From Haliotis rubra (Eukaryota), in contig NW_025765403.1 of assembly GCF_003918875.1 (NCBI RefSeq), forward strand, positions 1,736,001 through 1,800,000: DNA of 64,000 bases, in the 5' to 3' direction. The position numbers and the translations under genes are program-made. Numbering within the stretch: the first letter of the stretch is position 1; each line of letters begins with the position of its first letter. The notes under the pieces were generated by a model. That model worked only from the letters and a program-made list of their open reading frames with translations. It searched no databases and was not told where the DNA came from. Of the stretch, positions 48,905 to 61,181 are shown piece by piece.

Positions 48905-49509
48905 GTGTCTTGTGCTGTCTCAACACCTCCCAGTAAATCTGTCTTGATAAAGATATACTTGCAGTGGAAATCAGCGAAATATGTACGCGAAAATAATACC
49001 TCATAAAATATCTACTCTGGCCAGGATTTAAGCTTACACAGTCGAGCGTCAAATCCAACAGTTAATCCTATCGATGTCAGTCCTACTTCAGACGCCATTC
49101 CTCTTAGAGAGGTGTGCACGATCCGTGTAATTTAACTCTTAAAAAGCAAGAACAGATCTGTCTGACTTTGTAGCAGTTACAAACGGTGTTTATTTGGACG
49201 TATTTACAAGGAATAACCTGAATCCTGTAGTTGTAACAGGACTTTGAAGTATTCAATATCGTCGCTGTGAATGCTTTCAAAGGGGCGTAAACGTAGCAAC
49301 GCGACAGGTAGGACAGGTTATTTTTAGAGGATTAACAATGTTGGAGACATGTCACGATGACCTAAACACCCGGCAACTGTGCAGTAGGGTATGTAGGTCA
49401 AGGAAACCTACGAGTGGGGTGACTCGTAAATACGGGTCGATAGCATAATGTGTGTCAGATACGTGTGGAGGAAATTGTGCATAGTGGCCGACAGCGCAAG
49501 GGGTGGGTG

Positions 49510-50705
49510 AATACTGAATGGTGTCTGCTGGTAGTTAGCAAGTGATGGGGTACAGGTGAAGTGAATAGTGTCTGGTGTGGGGGATAGACGTGAAATGAAT
49601 AGTGTCTGGTCGTAGATAGCAGGTTTGGGGGATACAGGTGAAGTAAATAGTGTGTGTAGATATCATGTGTGGGGGATAGACGTGAAGTAAATGCTGTCTA
49701 GTCGTATATAGCAGGTTTGGGGGGATACAGTTGACGTGAATAGTCTGCTGGTAGATAGCAGGTGTGGGAATACAGGTGAAGTGAATAATGTCTGCTGGTA
49801 GATAGCAGGTGTGGGAATACAGGTGAAGTGAATAATGTCAGCTGGTAGATAGCAGGTGTGGGGATACAGGTGAAGTGAATAGTGTCAGCTGGTAGACGGG
49901 TGGGGAATACAGGTGAAGTGAATAATGTCTGCTGGTAGATAGCAGGTGTGGGAATACAGGTGAAGTGAATAGTGTCTGCTGGTAGATAGCAGGTGTGGGA
50001 GATACAGGTGAAGTGAATAGTGTCTGCTGGTAGATAGCAGGTGTGGGCATACAGATGAAGTGAATAGTGTCAGCTGGTAGACAGCAGGTGTGGGAATACA
50101 GGTGAAGTGAATAGTGTCTGCTGGTAGACAGCAGGTGTGGGAATACAGGTGAAGTGAATAGTGTCAGCTGGTAGATATCAGGTGTGGGAATACAGGTGAA
50201 ATGAATAATGTCTGCTAGTAGATAGCAGGTGTTGGAATACAGGTGAAGTGAATAGTGTCTGCTGGTAGATAGCAGGTGTGGAGGGTGCACATGATGCAAA
50301 TAGTGTCTGCTTGTAGACGACAGGTGTGCGGGATGCAGGTGAAGTGAATATTGTCTGGTCGTAGACAGCAGGTTTGGGGCATGCACATGAAGTGAATAGT
50401 GCCTGCTTGTAGACAACAGGTGTGGGGATGCAGGTGAAATGAATAATGTCTGCTTGTAGACAGCAGGTGTGGGGATGCAGGTGAAGTGAATAGTGTCTAC
50501 TGGTAGATAGCAGGTGTGGAGGATGCACATGATGTGAATAGTGTCTGCTTGTAGACAACAGGTTTGGGGGGAGGGGGGGAACAGGTGAAGTGAATTGTGT
50601 CAGCTAGTAGATATCAGGTGTGGAGGTTAGACATGAAGTGAATAGTGTCTGCTGGTAGATGGCAGGTATGGGATGACAGGTGAAGTGAATGAAGTCAACT
50701 GGTAG
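49510..50705. repeat. 47-bp minisatellite (~25 copies), GGTAGATAGCAGGTGTGGGAATACAGGTGAAGTGAATAGTGTCTGCT
   Basis: Period is directly visible (e.g. 49750 and 49797). The core is homogeneous and the edges are diverged. Confidence 0.95.
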
Positions 50706-51179
50706 GTAACACATTGTTTTGGAAAATCGGATTTAGTGAATAGTACCTGTTGATATTTAATATAAGGTGTAAAAAGTGTGGGATGGTGTTAAAAAGGATG
50801 CATTAGTAAAATGCGAAAAGGGTTGGAGGCACGGGTAGAGTAAAATAGTGTATAATGGTCTGTGAGCAAGAAGAGTAAATTACTTCCAGAAACATTTTGT
50901 GTGATTGAGATAGACAGCAGAAGTCCGCTAGAATCAAACTTACATATTAAAATGCCTAGAAAAGTAATTTGAAACTACAATCGCTTGGCTGTGATTAGGA
51001 ACACATTCATTGCTTGCTCAAATAATTCATTATCCGGATGCAACGTGACTGTGAATGTTTAATTCAAATGCAATTTTGATCAAATACTTCTGTTCATGCA
51101 TGTATGTTCCTGGAATCAATATGCCATTCTTATGAAGTGGAATCGATTGAATAGAGACACCGATATTATTTGTTTCAGA

Positions 51180-54100
51180 ATGGACGCCTTCCCCAAGTGT
51201 ACTGTCTGTCAGCAGCAGTTTACACTGAAAGGCCCCGCCCCCTACCAACTGCCCTGTCTACACGCCGTGTGTGAGACGTGTGTCACATCTGCAGCTGGTG
51301 GTGTGATAGTATGCTCTACTTGTCAGAGGGAAGTGAACCTCATAGATACACCACCCAAGAAGGATGTGGTGAGAAGAAAGGAAGTATACTACCTGACAGT
51401 CAAACATCGCCCCACAGAGTTTCTCTGTTCAAATGATGACGGCAACCAGGCTGTGTGTTGGTGTCAGGAGTGTGAAGAGTTCCTATGTGAATACTGCCAG
51501 AGCATGCACAATCGTTTTAAAGCTACCAGAATACATGTTGTCGAAACCTTTACGGATACAACACCGGGAAGCATACATACTAAACCAGTTTGCAAACTTC
51601 ACAGCCCTTATCCTCTTGAATATTTTGACAAAAACTGCAACATTTTGATCTGTTACAAATGCAGACTTGGCGACCATGCTGAGCACGATGTTGGGGATGT
51701 AGATGTGGCTGCTGATGCTGCTAGAGGACGGATAGAACAACATGGGAAGAACGTGACTGCACATCATACTTCTCACCAAGCATGTCTGAAGAGCATCAGC
51801 AAAGCCGTGAATGACACCAAGAAGACAAGCAGTGCCCTGAAGGAGGCCATCCACCACACATTCCATTCTCTGAGGACACAACTCGATCAAAGAGAGAAGG
51901 AGCTGATCATCGATCTTGAGAATCAGACGAAGCAGGAACTGTCAAATCTACACACCGAGCAAGTTGCCTCTCAAGGCGAGAGTGAACGATGCAAGTGGAC
52001 CTCAGACTACATCAAGACAGTTCTCAGATATGCTTCAAACTGGGACTTTCTGACACTGGAGAGTTCCATACAAGACACAACTAAGACACACCTCACATCA
52101 CTACCTCCAGAGACGCACAGGACATCTGCAACCGCTTTCAACACGAGAGGACTGGACAAGATGAAATCCGAAATTTCCAAATTTGGGTGTGTCACTGCAT
52201 ATGGCTCAAAACAAACAGGTACATACTTGCTCTGACAATATATCGATATATATCAGGAGTAAATATTTGATGAGCTTTCTGCGGATTATTTACCTTAATG
52301 CCACTTAAGATGGTATGATGATAATGTTCGATCTATTCATTTCTTACAATAACGCAATGAACTGTTAACTATTTGATTTGTAATGATTGTTGGTCATTTT
52401 ACAGACAAAGGTACACAGACAGATGACAGTCATCTAACTGACGCAGAGAGCCCAAACGAGCATGTAAGTACTTCTTAATCAGTAAACATGCTTATATATG
52501 TCTTGTTCTTTCATAAGCATTTATCATAAACAATTTACGATCAACCGAAGACATTTAATGTTATTGTTGTCTGTACATTTAACTGATGTTTGTATGTTAG
52601 ATTTTTAACAAAGCTACTGTTGTTTTAATCTTGAATTGTGACATTTATGTGTGTGTTTTTGTTAAAAGGTGGAGTTCCTGGAGGTTCCTAATGATCCAAC
52701 ACCACTACATCGGTTTGGTAAGAATATTTTTGATAACACTTAAATAGGAAATAATGTTATGATAAGTGTTCAGGAATATTTGAAAAGGGGACATAACTCA
52801 CGCAGTCACATCATTTGAATAGAAGGAGATGTGAGTGGACTTAAAATTGTTTCAGTGTTAGACTTTAGCTGTCACTTTGACACGATATTTTGATAAGGCT
52901 ACATTGTAATCTTATACATCACCAGTACCATTTAGAAAAAGAACAGCAGCTGAAATGAACAGCAAGTTGAACTGCAGTTGACCATTAAAAACCACTTCGG
53001 AAATTAAATGGACTGAGAATTTGTGTTGATAGATGTTATGGTGTGTTCAAAAGAGCAGTACCCCGATCTTTAAACCTACTATAATTCTTAAAACCAAATT
53101 CAGTTTATACTTTCAAATATATATTAGCATGTGCTCTCTCCGTGATTCTTCGACATGCAGCCAGGATATATGTTGCAGAAGCTGGGCGTGAAACCAACAG
53201 ACGTGAAACAGGGACGATGACGCCGGTGGCTCTGCAGTGTGAGTACAATCAGATGCTAACTGTCTTCAACACTTGATGAAGCGACATTGTCCGCACTTCA
53301 TAAACAGGATACCCATGCATGTCGTAAGAGGCGACGAACGGGATCGGGTGGTCAGACTTTCTGACTTGCTTGACACATGTCATCGTATTCCAATGCGTAG
53401 ATCGATGGTCATGCTTTTGATCACTGGATTGTCTGGTCCAGGCTCTATTATTTACAGACCGCCGCCATATACCTGGAATATTGCTTAGGGCAGCGTTAAA
53501 CAACCAACCAACCAATCAATCATAAACAGGATAGGTCACTGACTGCTGTTTAAACACGGGATGCTGTACACAATGATGCGGTACACAGCCTGCTGTACAA
53601 TGATTTGTACACGGGATGCTGTACACACACGGATGCTGTACTGGGCGTGCTGTACACGGGATGATGTACTGGGCGTTCTGTACACGGGATGCCGTACATG
53701 GGCGTGCTGTACACAGGATGCCGTACATGTGATGCCGTACACAGGATGCCGTACTGTACTGGGCGTGCTGTACACGGATGATGTACAAACTGATGCTGTA
53801 CTGGGCGTGCTGCTACACAGGATGATGTACTGGGCGTGCTGTACACGGGATGCTGTACTGGGCGTGCTGTACACGGGATGATGTACTGGGCGTGCTGTAC
53901 ACGGGATGATGTACTGGGCGTGATGTACACGGGATGATGTACTGGGCGTGCTGTACACGGGATGATGTACTGGGCGTGCTGTACACGGGATGATGTACTG
54001 GGCGTGCTGTACACGATTCTGATGATGTACTGGGCGTGCTGTACACGGATGATGTACTGGACGTGCTGACTGGGCGTGCTGTACACGGAATGATGTACTG

Positions 54101-57100
54101 GGCGTACTGTAGGCGGGCGCTGTACACGGGATGATGTACTGGGCGTGCTGTACACGGAATGATGACTGTACTGGGCGTGCTGTACATGCTGTACTGGGCG
54201 TGCTGATGTACTGGGCGTGCTGTACACGGGATGATGTACCCGCTACTGCTGAACCCCTTCCACACTGTATTTAGAGCTTGGTGTTTCTCTGAAGTCTGAT
54301 ATTGTAATAGATGTGGTTATGTTATACATAGTTGAAACGCAGAACCTCCTCACCCCACTGCTGAGGTATAATGGTATGTCCCTTGAACACAAGATTGAGT
54401 GAGTGAATATTCTAGCAATATCATGGCGGCAGACATCAGGAATGGACTTCACATATTGTACCCATGTGGGGAATCGAACCTCGGCCATCGGCGTGACGAG
54501 CGAACCACTGGACCACACCACCGCCCTTTGAACACAAGACACGGTGTATATCGGTGTTCTCAGATTTATAAAACACTGAACGTGGTATTGGGTTTGTAGG
54601 AACACTCACAGTTATTTTAAAATATGACGTTTCACTGGGTTTATAGAAGTATCCTCACTTCTTGGATGTGGTTCTAGGTATACTCTATTATGACTTATTC
54701 TTAGACATTAGGTACAGGAATGCTATTGATAGATGACCCTTTACACCTTTGGCATTTGCTTTCGATTTTTCACTAAAGTTTCCATAAGATCATTGAGTTC
54801 ATATTTCTTGATGTCATGTGAAGGGGTCCAGACTCGATTATTTACAGACCCCCGCCATATAGCTGGAATGTTGCTGAGTGCGGCGTAAAACTAAACCCAC
54901 TCACTCACTCATGTGAAGGACACACGAATGAGCATTCACTGTTGGATGATCTTTAATACATGTGAGTTGATGCACGTGAGAAGCTGAGCCGGATCTCTTG
55001 TTTATACTCTTACGAAACAATGGCCGCCCCTCACAATCCAGTATATATCGTCAATGAATTAGTCATTCAGGTGACAGAAACACGGACGAATGTTTACATT
55101 CGGAACTGCCGATCTGTTTCGACTTTCATTTGCTATTTACAGATTGAGCGAGTGAGTATGTTTGTACGCCGCTTTTAGCAATATTCCAGGTACATGACGG
55201 CGGGGAACACCACAAATGAGCTTCACAAATTGTACCCATGTGAGGAATAGAACCCTGGTCTTCCGCGTGACGAGCGAACGCTTTAACCACTAAGCTACCT
55301 CATCGCCCCACTATGTAGAGAATATATTGAGTGCTTCGTGAATAAGATGTATCTCAGATTAAATGACGTGGAAAAAGGAGATAATTTCAAAGGTGGAGCC
55401 TTTTCCACGTGAGATGAAAGCTTCCCCATCTTTCGTCATACTTATGAACCGTCCTGTTTATCACATACGTCGTTTGTTGTCGGCAGGTTGTTTCAACAAT
55501 TACCCGAAGTAATAGAAATCTAAGTCGCAATATCTAACCTTGATTGTGGTCAAATGTCATATGAAAATTGTGTAAGGAGTCACCGACCTAGCTTAGAGTA
55601 ACTCATAACATCGATCACTGGCCATCAAATAATTCAAAGTGTTTTATGCTATTTTATTCACATATCTTATTAACCAGGATTACTTTAGACTGTTCTTCTT
55701 TTCGCATGTCGATTGCAAATGAATTCATAGCATATCACAGGTGTGTGACATATTTTTGTTGACTTGAGTACAACCCTCCCCCATGGTGGGTTTCGATAAA
55801 ATAATCTTTGGGTCAGGAGATAGCAGCTCTTCTGTTAATCACATACACACATGCTGTATACAAATATTCTCTGTCAGTGATGTAACATATTTAATACCCA
55901 CTTGAATTTCATTTTCAAGATTTGAAAAGTTTGTTAACATTGTCAAAGTGGGCGTGAACGTTGCGGCCGATGCCAACATTTGGAGTAATGATAGATAATG
56001 TCCCCGTCTACAGGTTGATAAGAATCTGCTCACATGGAGCCCTCACTGCACGTCCCAGCACGTATAAACGTTTGTGGGCTAGAAAGCATAAACATGTCAT
56101 ATATTCAGCGTACCCTTGAAGATCCTGGTTAGAATTGGTCTCCAGGTACCCATACTTGTCGTAAAAGACGACTAACGGGATCGGGTGGTCGGGCTCGCTG
56201 TCGTGAGAGGCAACTAGCCGGATCGAATAACATGGTTGACACATGTCTTCGTATCCCAACTGCGTAGATCGATGCTCCTAATATTGATCACTAGATTGCC
56301 TGGTCCAGACTCAATTATCTACAGACCGCCGCGATATAGCTGGAATATTGCTGAGTGCAGCGTTAAACAACAATCAACCAGCCAACTATATATTCAGTTA
56401 AAACTCATCCTCCTCTTATTGAGTTTTATCGAAAACAATAACAACAGTTCACGTCACCTGGTAGTAAACGAGAACTACATGAAACAGGAACACAAGCCGT
56501 GATTTTGCTCAGCGACGACTGAAGATTCATGTTACAAGCACCCGGAGCGTCTATCTGGCCCTCGATACTCGAGCTCACTGTCTAATCTCGACACGGTGAA
56601 TAATAAAATTCTTAATTGGCTCTGTTTAGTTGAAAACTGTTCCACCGTTATCTAAACTAACGGACAATTCCTTTCATTACCTTTAACAAATTAAACTAAC
56701 AGCTTATCTTATAATGTTTATTGTTCATCATAAAATTAACTTCCAATTGCGAGTGTCAGTTTGTTTAATGCCGATGAAATGAGTAAGATGAAAGCCTAGA
56801 ATTATAACAATAAAATGCAAAAATGATGTGTTGCAATGAATATTATATTGAAGCAGCATATTACATCCACGGAGTTATATTGCTCCGCTCAGCAAGGAGG
56901 CTGATAATACAGTTCACTGTTAATTGAATATTTGCTAGAATGAGTTAACGTGTTTTACCCCATTTATGTATGAGGACAAAATATAAGGAGTGTTAGGAAA
57001 TAGGATTCATAGGACATCGTTAAAGATTAATGTTTACCCATTGCCATATTAGTCAAAACTTGTATGAATGAACGATAAGGTAGGCTGTCTTCCGGGTTCG

Positions 57101-58456
57101 CTGTTTTGTTATATTTCTTGGTGAATCTGTAACGAAAAGGGTAATGCTATCTGAAAATGACAAGTTTGAGAACTGTGTAATAAAATAATAAAATGTGAGA
57201 GTACATGTCACAGTCGATACACAAAACACGACAACCTCCCCGCTCAGCGAGTGTGCTCAAACTGTGGTCAGTGATTGAAGCGGACGTAGAAGTTACCTGT
57301 TGACACTGTGTCTGTTGAACACTCAGATGTAAAAATATCGTCAAACAACTGCTTTGTTGGTCTCATTGTTTAGTAAATCGTATAAGAAGAGTTTAGAATA
57401 CTAACAATGATAGTTTTATCATGATATGAAGTTTATACATATGTGTTTTCAGGCGGTAAGTGTCTATTTCTGACTACTGACAGCTAACCAGCTCAACTAA
57501 CAATTTCTGACAAAATGTTTTATGGAGTGTTTATTTCATTGTCAATCAATATAAAAATGTATGGAACACATTTAGAATACCCATTCAAATATTTGTACAG
57601 CTTTATAATTTCTATTTAAAGCACAATTATCACACATTTCACACACAGACGAAAATGGCAGCCGATATTCAGTGCGCTGTTTTGTAAACATTGAAACGAG
57701 GTTGACAATAAAATGTCTAATTTGTTGTCTGAAGTCGGGAAATTTGTTAAACTGTAAACAAAATGTATATTTCCAGGTCCTAAACTACAAATGGACGCTG
57801 CTCGAGCCAACTCAGACGAGTGCCACGTAACTACAGGCGGTGAGCTGGTGAACTCGCCGCCCGCCACACAACACAGACACAGCGGCAGGTTACGGGTATA
57901 TTGGGGTACATGTGCCTCCACCCCCATCACCCTTCCTCCATCCCCCTCTACTGTCACCCCTGTCCCACACACACCACGATACTGGGAGACCCACACTATG
58001 GTGGGTGTGGTGGGTGGATGGTGGTGGTTTGTCCTGGAGGTGGGTGTGATAGAGGAGAGCCAGGTAGACAGTGGGTGGTGTGTTTGTGACCAGCCCCGCT
58101 CCTGGTGTGTCAGTGTAGTGAGATGTAACACACACCAGGGGAGACTCTGTACCAGGGTGTGTCAGCTGGGGGAGGTGGGGGAGTGTTACAGTAACACAAT
58201 GTCTGCCACACCCGGCACACAGGCCACCCTCCACTATGGCGTTGTGCTGGATGTGGGGAGGGGGAGACTCGCCTTCATCGACCTCGACAGAGAGGTTGTT
58301 TTAGCCAAGGTGGATGTTGAGTGGAGCGAGTCTCTTCTTCCCATGTTTGGTGTTGGGCCGCCAGATCGCTACACAGTCAACATGAAGGTGATAAGTGGGG
58401 CAGATATCACCATGACTGACACCAAGAAGTCACTTATTAATGACGCCTTGAATTAG
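51180..58456 (+). CDS. TRIM-family E3 ligase (RING, B-box1, B-box2, coiled coil, divergent B30.2/SPRY-like domain), ~628 aa; exons 51180-52218, 52405-52463, 52669-52717, 53179-53238, 57777-58456
   Basis: C3HC4 RING CTVC...CLHAVCETC...CSTC, B-box1 C..WCQECEEFLCEYCQSMH, B-box2 CKLH...CNILICYKC..DHAEH, then a helical coiled coil. The last exon has YWE, LEVGV, GVVLDVGRGRLAFID and LLPMFGV, echoing SPRY motifs. GT-AG junctions keep the frame (1887 nt total). AATAAA lies just after the stop. Confidence 0.85.
53310..53517 (+). mobile_element. SINE-like family B, 5'-truncated
   Basis: CCCATGC.TGTCGTAAGAGGCGAC... through to the (CAAC)n tail. Confidence 0.85.
53555..54240. repeat. 28-bp minisatellite (~24 copies), GATGATGTACTGGGCGTGCTGTACACGG, in a TRIM intron
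   Basis: Period 28 (53877, 53905). Built from two related 14-bp halves, each containing GTAC. Confidence 0.95.
54398..54527 (-). mobile_element. tRNA-derived SINE family A
   Basis: Reverse-complement B-box and tail, flanked by the TTGAACACAAGA direct repeat. Confidence 0.8.
55145..55310 (-). mobile_element. tRNA-derived SINE family A
   Basis: Reverse complement of the full consensus. Confidence 0.85.
56111..56385 (+). mobile_element. SINE-like family B with an internal duplication of the hairpin core
   Basis: TACCCTTGAAGATCC start, two TGTCGT.AGAGGC.ACTA cores, and flanking TATATTCAG repeats. Confidence 0.85.
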
Positions 58457-59295
58457 ACAATAAAATAAACATGACATTGTGTAAACTTGTAAGTGTGACT
58501 TATTTATTTAAACTGTCAAATGTAATTGTAGTGATTGAGGCGGACGTATAAGTTGTCTGTCTATGTGCTGTTTGTTGTGTACAAGAATGTAACGAGGTCA
58601 GCTGAATGTGTTGTTTTTCTACTTGACTGGATTCAGGGGGATGTTACAAACATTTTACATCCACACATGACTATTGTTATGATTATTATTCTGCAGTAGT
58701 TGACCAGTTTATGATACATTTCACACATGTCTGGGAAATGTCACAACAAATAACCGAATCCACAAATTTATCAAAACTTGTTTCAAATCATGAATTTATC
58801 ACCATGTTTAGTTTCTACTCTGTAATGTAAATGTTTTAAATCCCCACATGAACAGTTGTGATGAAATTATTGTAGTTGTGAATCCACATACGTCACATTT
58901 GATCTCAGTGAAGAGATGAGGTGAAAGTCAGTGAAGCGGACATAGAATGTCCCCGTGTACATGGCGAGGCGCACATTCCAAAACACAATCAAGTTCGCAG
59001 AATCTTTTGTTTTCCTAATTAGCTGGGTTTTGTTGTCTGTAAGAAGTGTTTCAAATCTACACTTGAGCAACGTTTGGATTTAGTGAAGCAGAAATGGCAG
59101 ATTTCAAATGTCTAACACTACAGAAACGGTATTGAAGAAAGAAAAGCAATGACCGTAGTTTCAGCATGTGTTTAATGACAACTTATTTATTCTGCAGCGC
59201 AAGAAATGCACTAACAATTGCAAGAGCAGATATAAAAAGTTATATCAACGACATCAGAGCGCAACATACACTATATATGTCTCCTACTTGATTGT

Positions 59296-59447
59296 GGGGC
59301 GTTTGGGTGGTTCAGCGTTCGCTCGTCGACGCTGAAGACCCGGGCTCGAGTCCCCACATGGATACAATGTGTGAAGCCCATTGCCTGTGTCCCCGCCGTG
59401 ATATTGCTGGAATATTGCTAAAAACGGGTAAACCCATACTCACTCAC
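59296..59447 (+). mobile_element. tRNA-derived SINE family A
   Basis: Consensus match, flanked by the ACTTGATTGT direct repeat. Confidence 0.85.
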
Positions 59448-60546
59448 TTGATTGTGAGAACCTTTAGACTGTTTCGAAGCACTGTGGTCTAAGGGAAGTA
59501 ACTCTGTGCGGGAAGCTGTGACAACATGTTTGTACACTTCTCTCCCGATCCTCATGCTGTTATCACTGGATTGTCTGGTCCAGACTCGATTATTTACAGA
59601 CCGCCGCCATATAGCTGAAATATTGCTGAGTGTGGCGTAAAACTAAACTCAAAAAAAATTAGAGTAGCTGGGCGACGTGGTGAGTGAGCGGGTGGCTGGG
59701 TGAGTTGATAGGGGAGATGGAGGGAGGTGTCGGGACTGTCGGGTGAGCGAGTGAGACTTTAAATGAAATCGTTTACCAAAGTTCCAACACAGAGATATAA
59801 TCTTCAGTTATATTAGTCTTTTGCTAACTGTAAAATTAAAGGTTTGAATATTAAACATCCTTGCATATTAACTGTTTCTTTTACAAGAGCATCAACACAT
59901 TTCATACAAGATGAATAAATATTTCGCAGGTGGTTGAAGTGGTGTAAGGGAGGTAACTCTGTGAGGACTCGAGGCCATGAGTGAACAAGGGTATGTCCCA
60001 TATCAACTTGTTTCCACCATGAAACTTGAATTACCCAAACATATAAATATTTTGTGTGTCCGTGCAGTATCTAAACAAACGGCTATTCAATGTGTTTCTA
60101 TTTCTAAGTACATACATGTACATGTACTCAAAAGTATTATTTAGAAGATCATTGACTTGATACAGAGTACTTTCATTTTCACCTCCAATAGAATCCCGAG
60201 ATTTGTCATCGCATTACACATACAAACTTCCGCAAATGGTGACCGGTCGCTTCTGAATCAATGTATTTTCACATAACGATCCGTGGTGTATTAGTGCAGC
60301 TGAGATTTTTTGTCATGTTTTTCCCCGAAAATTACCTTAAAAAGTATCCTTAAATTGAAACATTTAAGACCTGAAAAGTGAAGTTATATCTATTTCACAG
60401 AACAATGTCCTTGAGCCCGAGGGTATCTCATCTAAACACAGGCTATTCACCGTCCTGGTAGTGTGGGAAGTAAACCGTGGTGTACAGTGTTTTTTGTACA
60501 TGGGGTTTTGAACGAAAGCTCTCAAAGTAATAATACACCCTGAGGA

Positions 60547-60700
60547 GTGAGTGAATGTGTTTAGTTATCAATATTCCAGGCATATCACTACTGCGGTGAC
60601 CGAAAAGAGGTTTAGCACATTTTACCCATTTGGGGAATAGTACCCTGGTCTTTGGTGTGACGACTTAACGCTTTAACCAATAGGCTACCAACCAACCCCC
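60547..60700 (-). mobile_element. tRNA-derived SINE family A, decayed
   Basis: Reverse-complement A-box GTAGCCTA.TGGTTAAAGCG and tail. Confidence 0.7.
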
Positions 60701-60710
60701 CATCCTCAAG

Positions 60711-60824
60711 GACCGCCTCCGTGGTGTAGTGGTTAGAGCGTCCGCCCGGAGAGCGGAGGGTCGCGGGTTCGATCCCCGACCGCGTCATACCAAAAGACGT
60801 TAAACCCAATTTGACCTCACCTCA
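60711..60824 (+). mobile_element. Short tRNA-headed SINE (third family, V-SINE-like start) with 12-14 bp TSD
   Basis: A-box TGGTGTAGTGG, B-box GGTTCGATCCC, then GCGTCATACCAAAAGACGTTAAA and a (CCTCA)n tail. CCCATCCTCAAG(GA) occurs at 60699 and 60825. Confidence 0.8.
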
Positions 60825-61011
60825 CCCATCCTCAAGGAATTGATGAAACTGTCGTAGCGTTCACTGAAACACTGAGGTAATGGCTTGAACTTTCAAGCAA
60901 CTCTGTCACAAAGCAAGAATAGCCTACTATGGAACTATGTCAAATATATTATTTCAAGATGAAATGATGATATAGACTAGTTGTTGAGTTTGTTATCAGA
61001 TTCCTTTTCAA

Positions 61012-61181
61012 TATTGCAAACTGGATTATAATTTGATCTCACTAAGTTGAAGGGTTTTAAACATGTATTATTCAAACTGGATTATATGTTGACTTCACTA
61101 AGTTGAAGGGTTTTAAACATGTATTATTCAAACTGGATTATATGTTGACTTCACTAAGTTGAAGGGTTTTAAACATGTATT
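61012..61181. repeat. 56-bp tandem repeat x3, with a fourth copy at 63938-63992
   Basis: CAAACTGGATTATATGTTGACTTCACTAAGTTGAAGGGTTTTAAACATGTATTATT starts at 61017, 61073 and 61129. Confidence 0.92.

Noticed and set aside
49838-50558. Long minus-strand ORFs (230 and 126 aa)
   Set aside because: Translations of the 47-bp minisatellite. The period is not a multiple of 3 and there is no domain or splice support.
51096-51179. N-terminal extension of TRIM from the ORF-track ATG at 51096
   Set aside because: A TTTCAG acceptor at 51173-51178 directly precedes ATG 51180, so the upstream part is likely intronic.
53516-54265. Multiple overlapping ORFs up to 225 aa
   Set aside because: Artefacts of the 28-bp minisatellite.
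60711-60785. Possible tRNA gene (anticodon loop CC-GGA-GA)
   Set aside because: The acceptor stem does not pair and the anticodon loop lacks U33. It is followed by a SINE body and tail and flanked by a TSD, so it is a SINE head.
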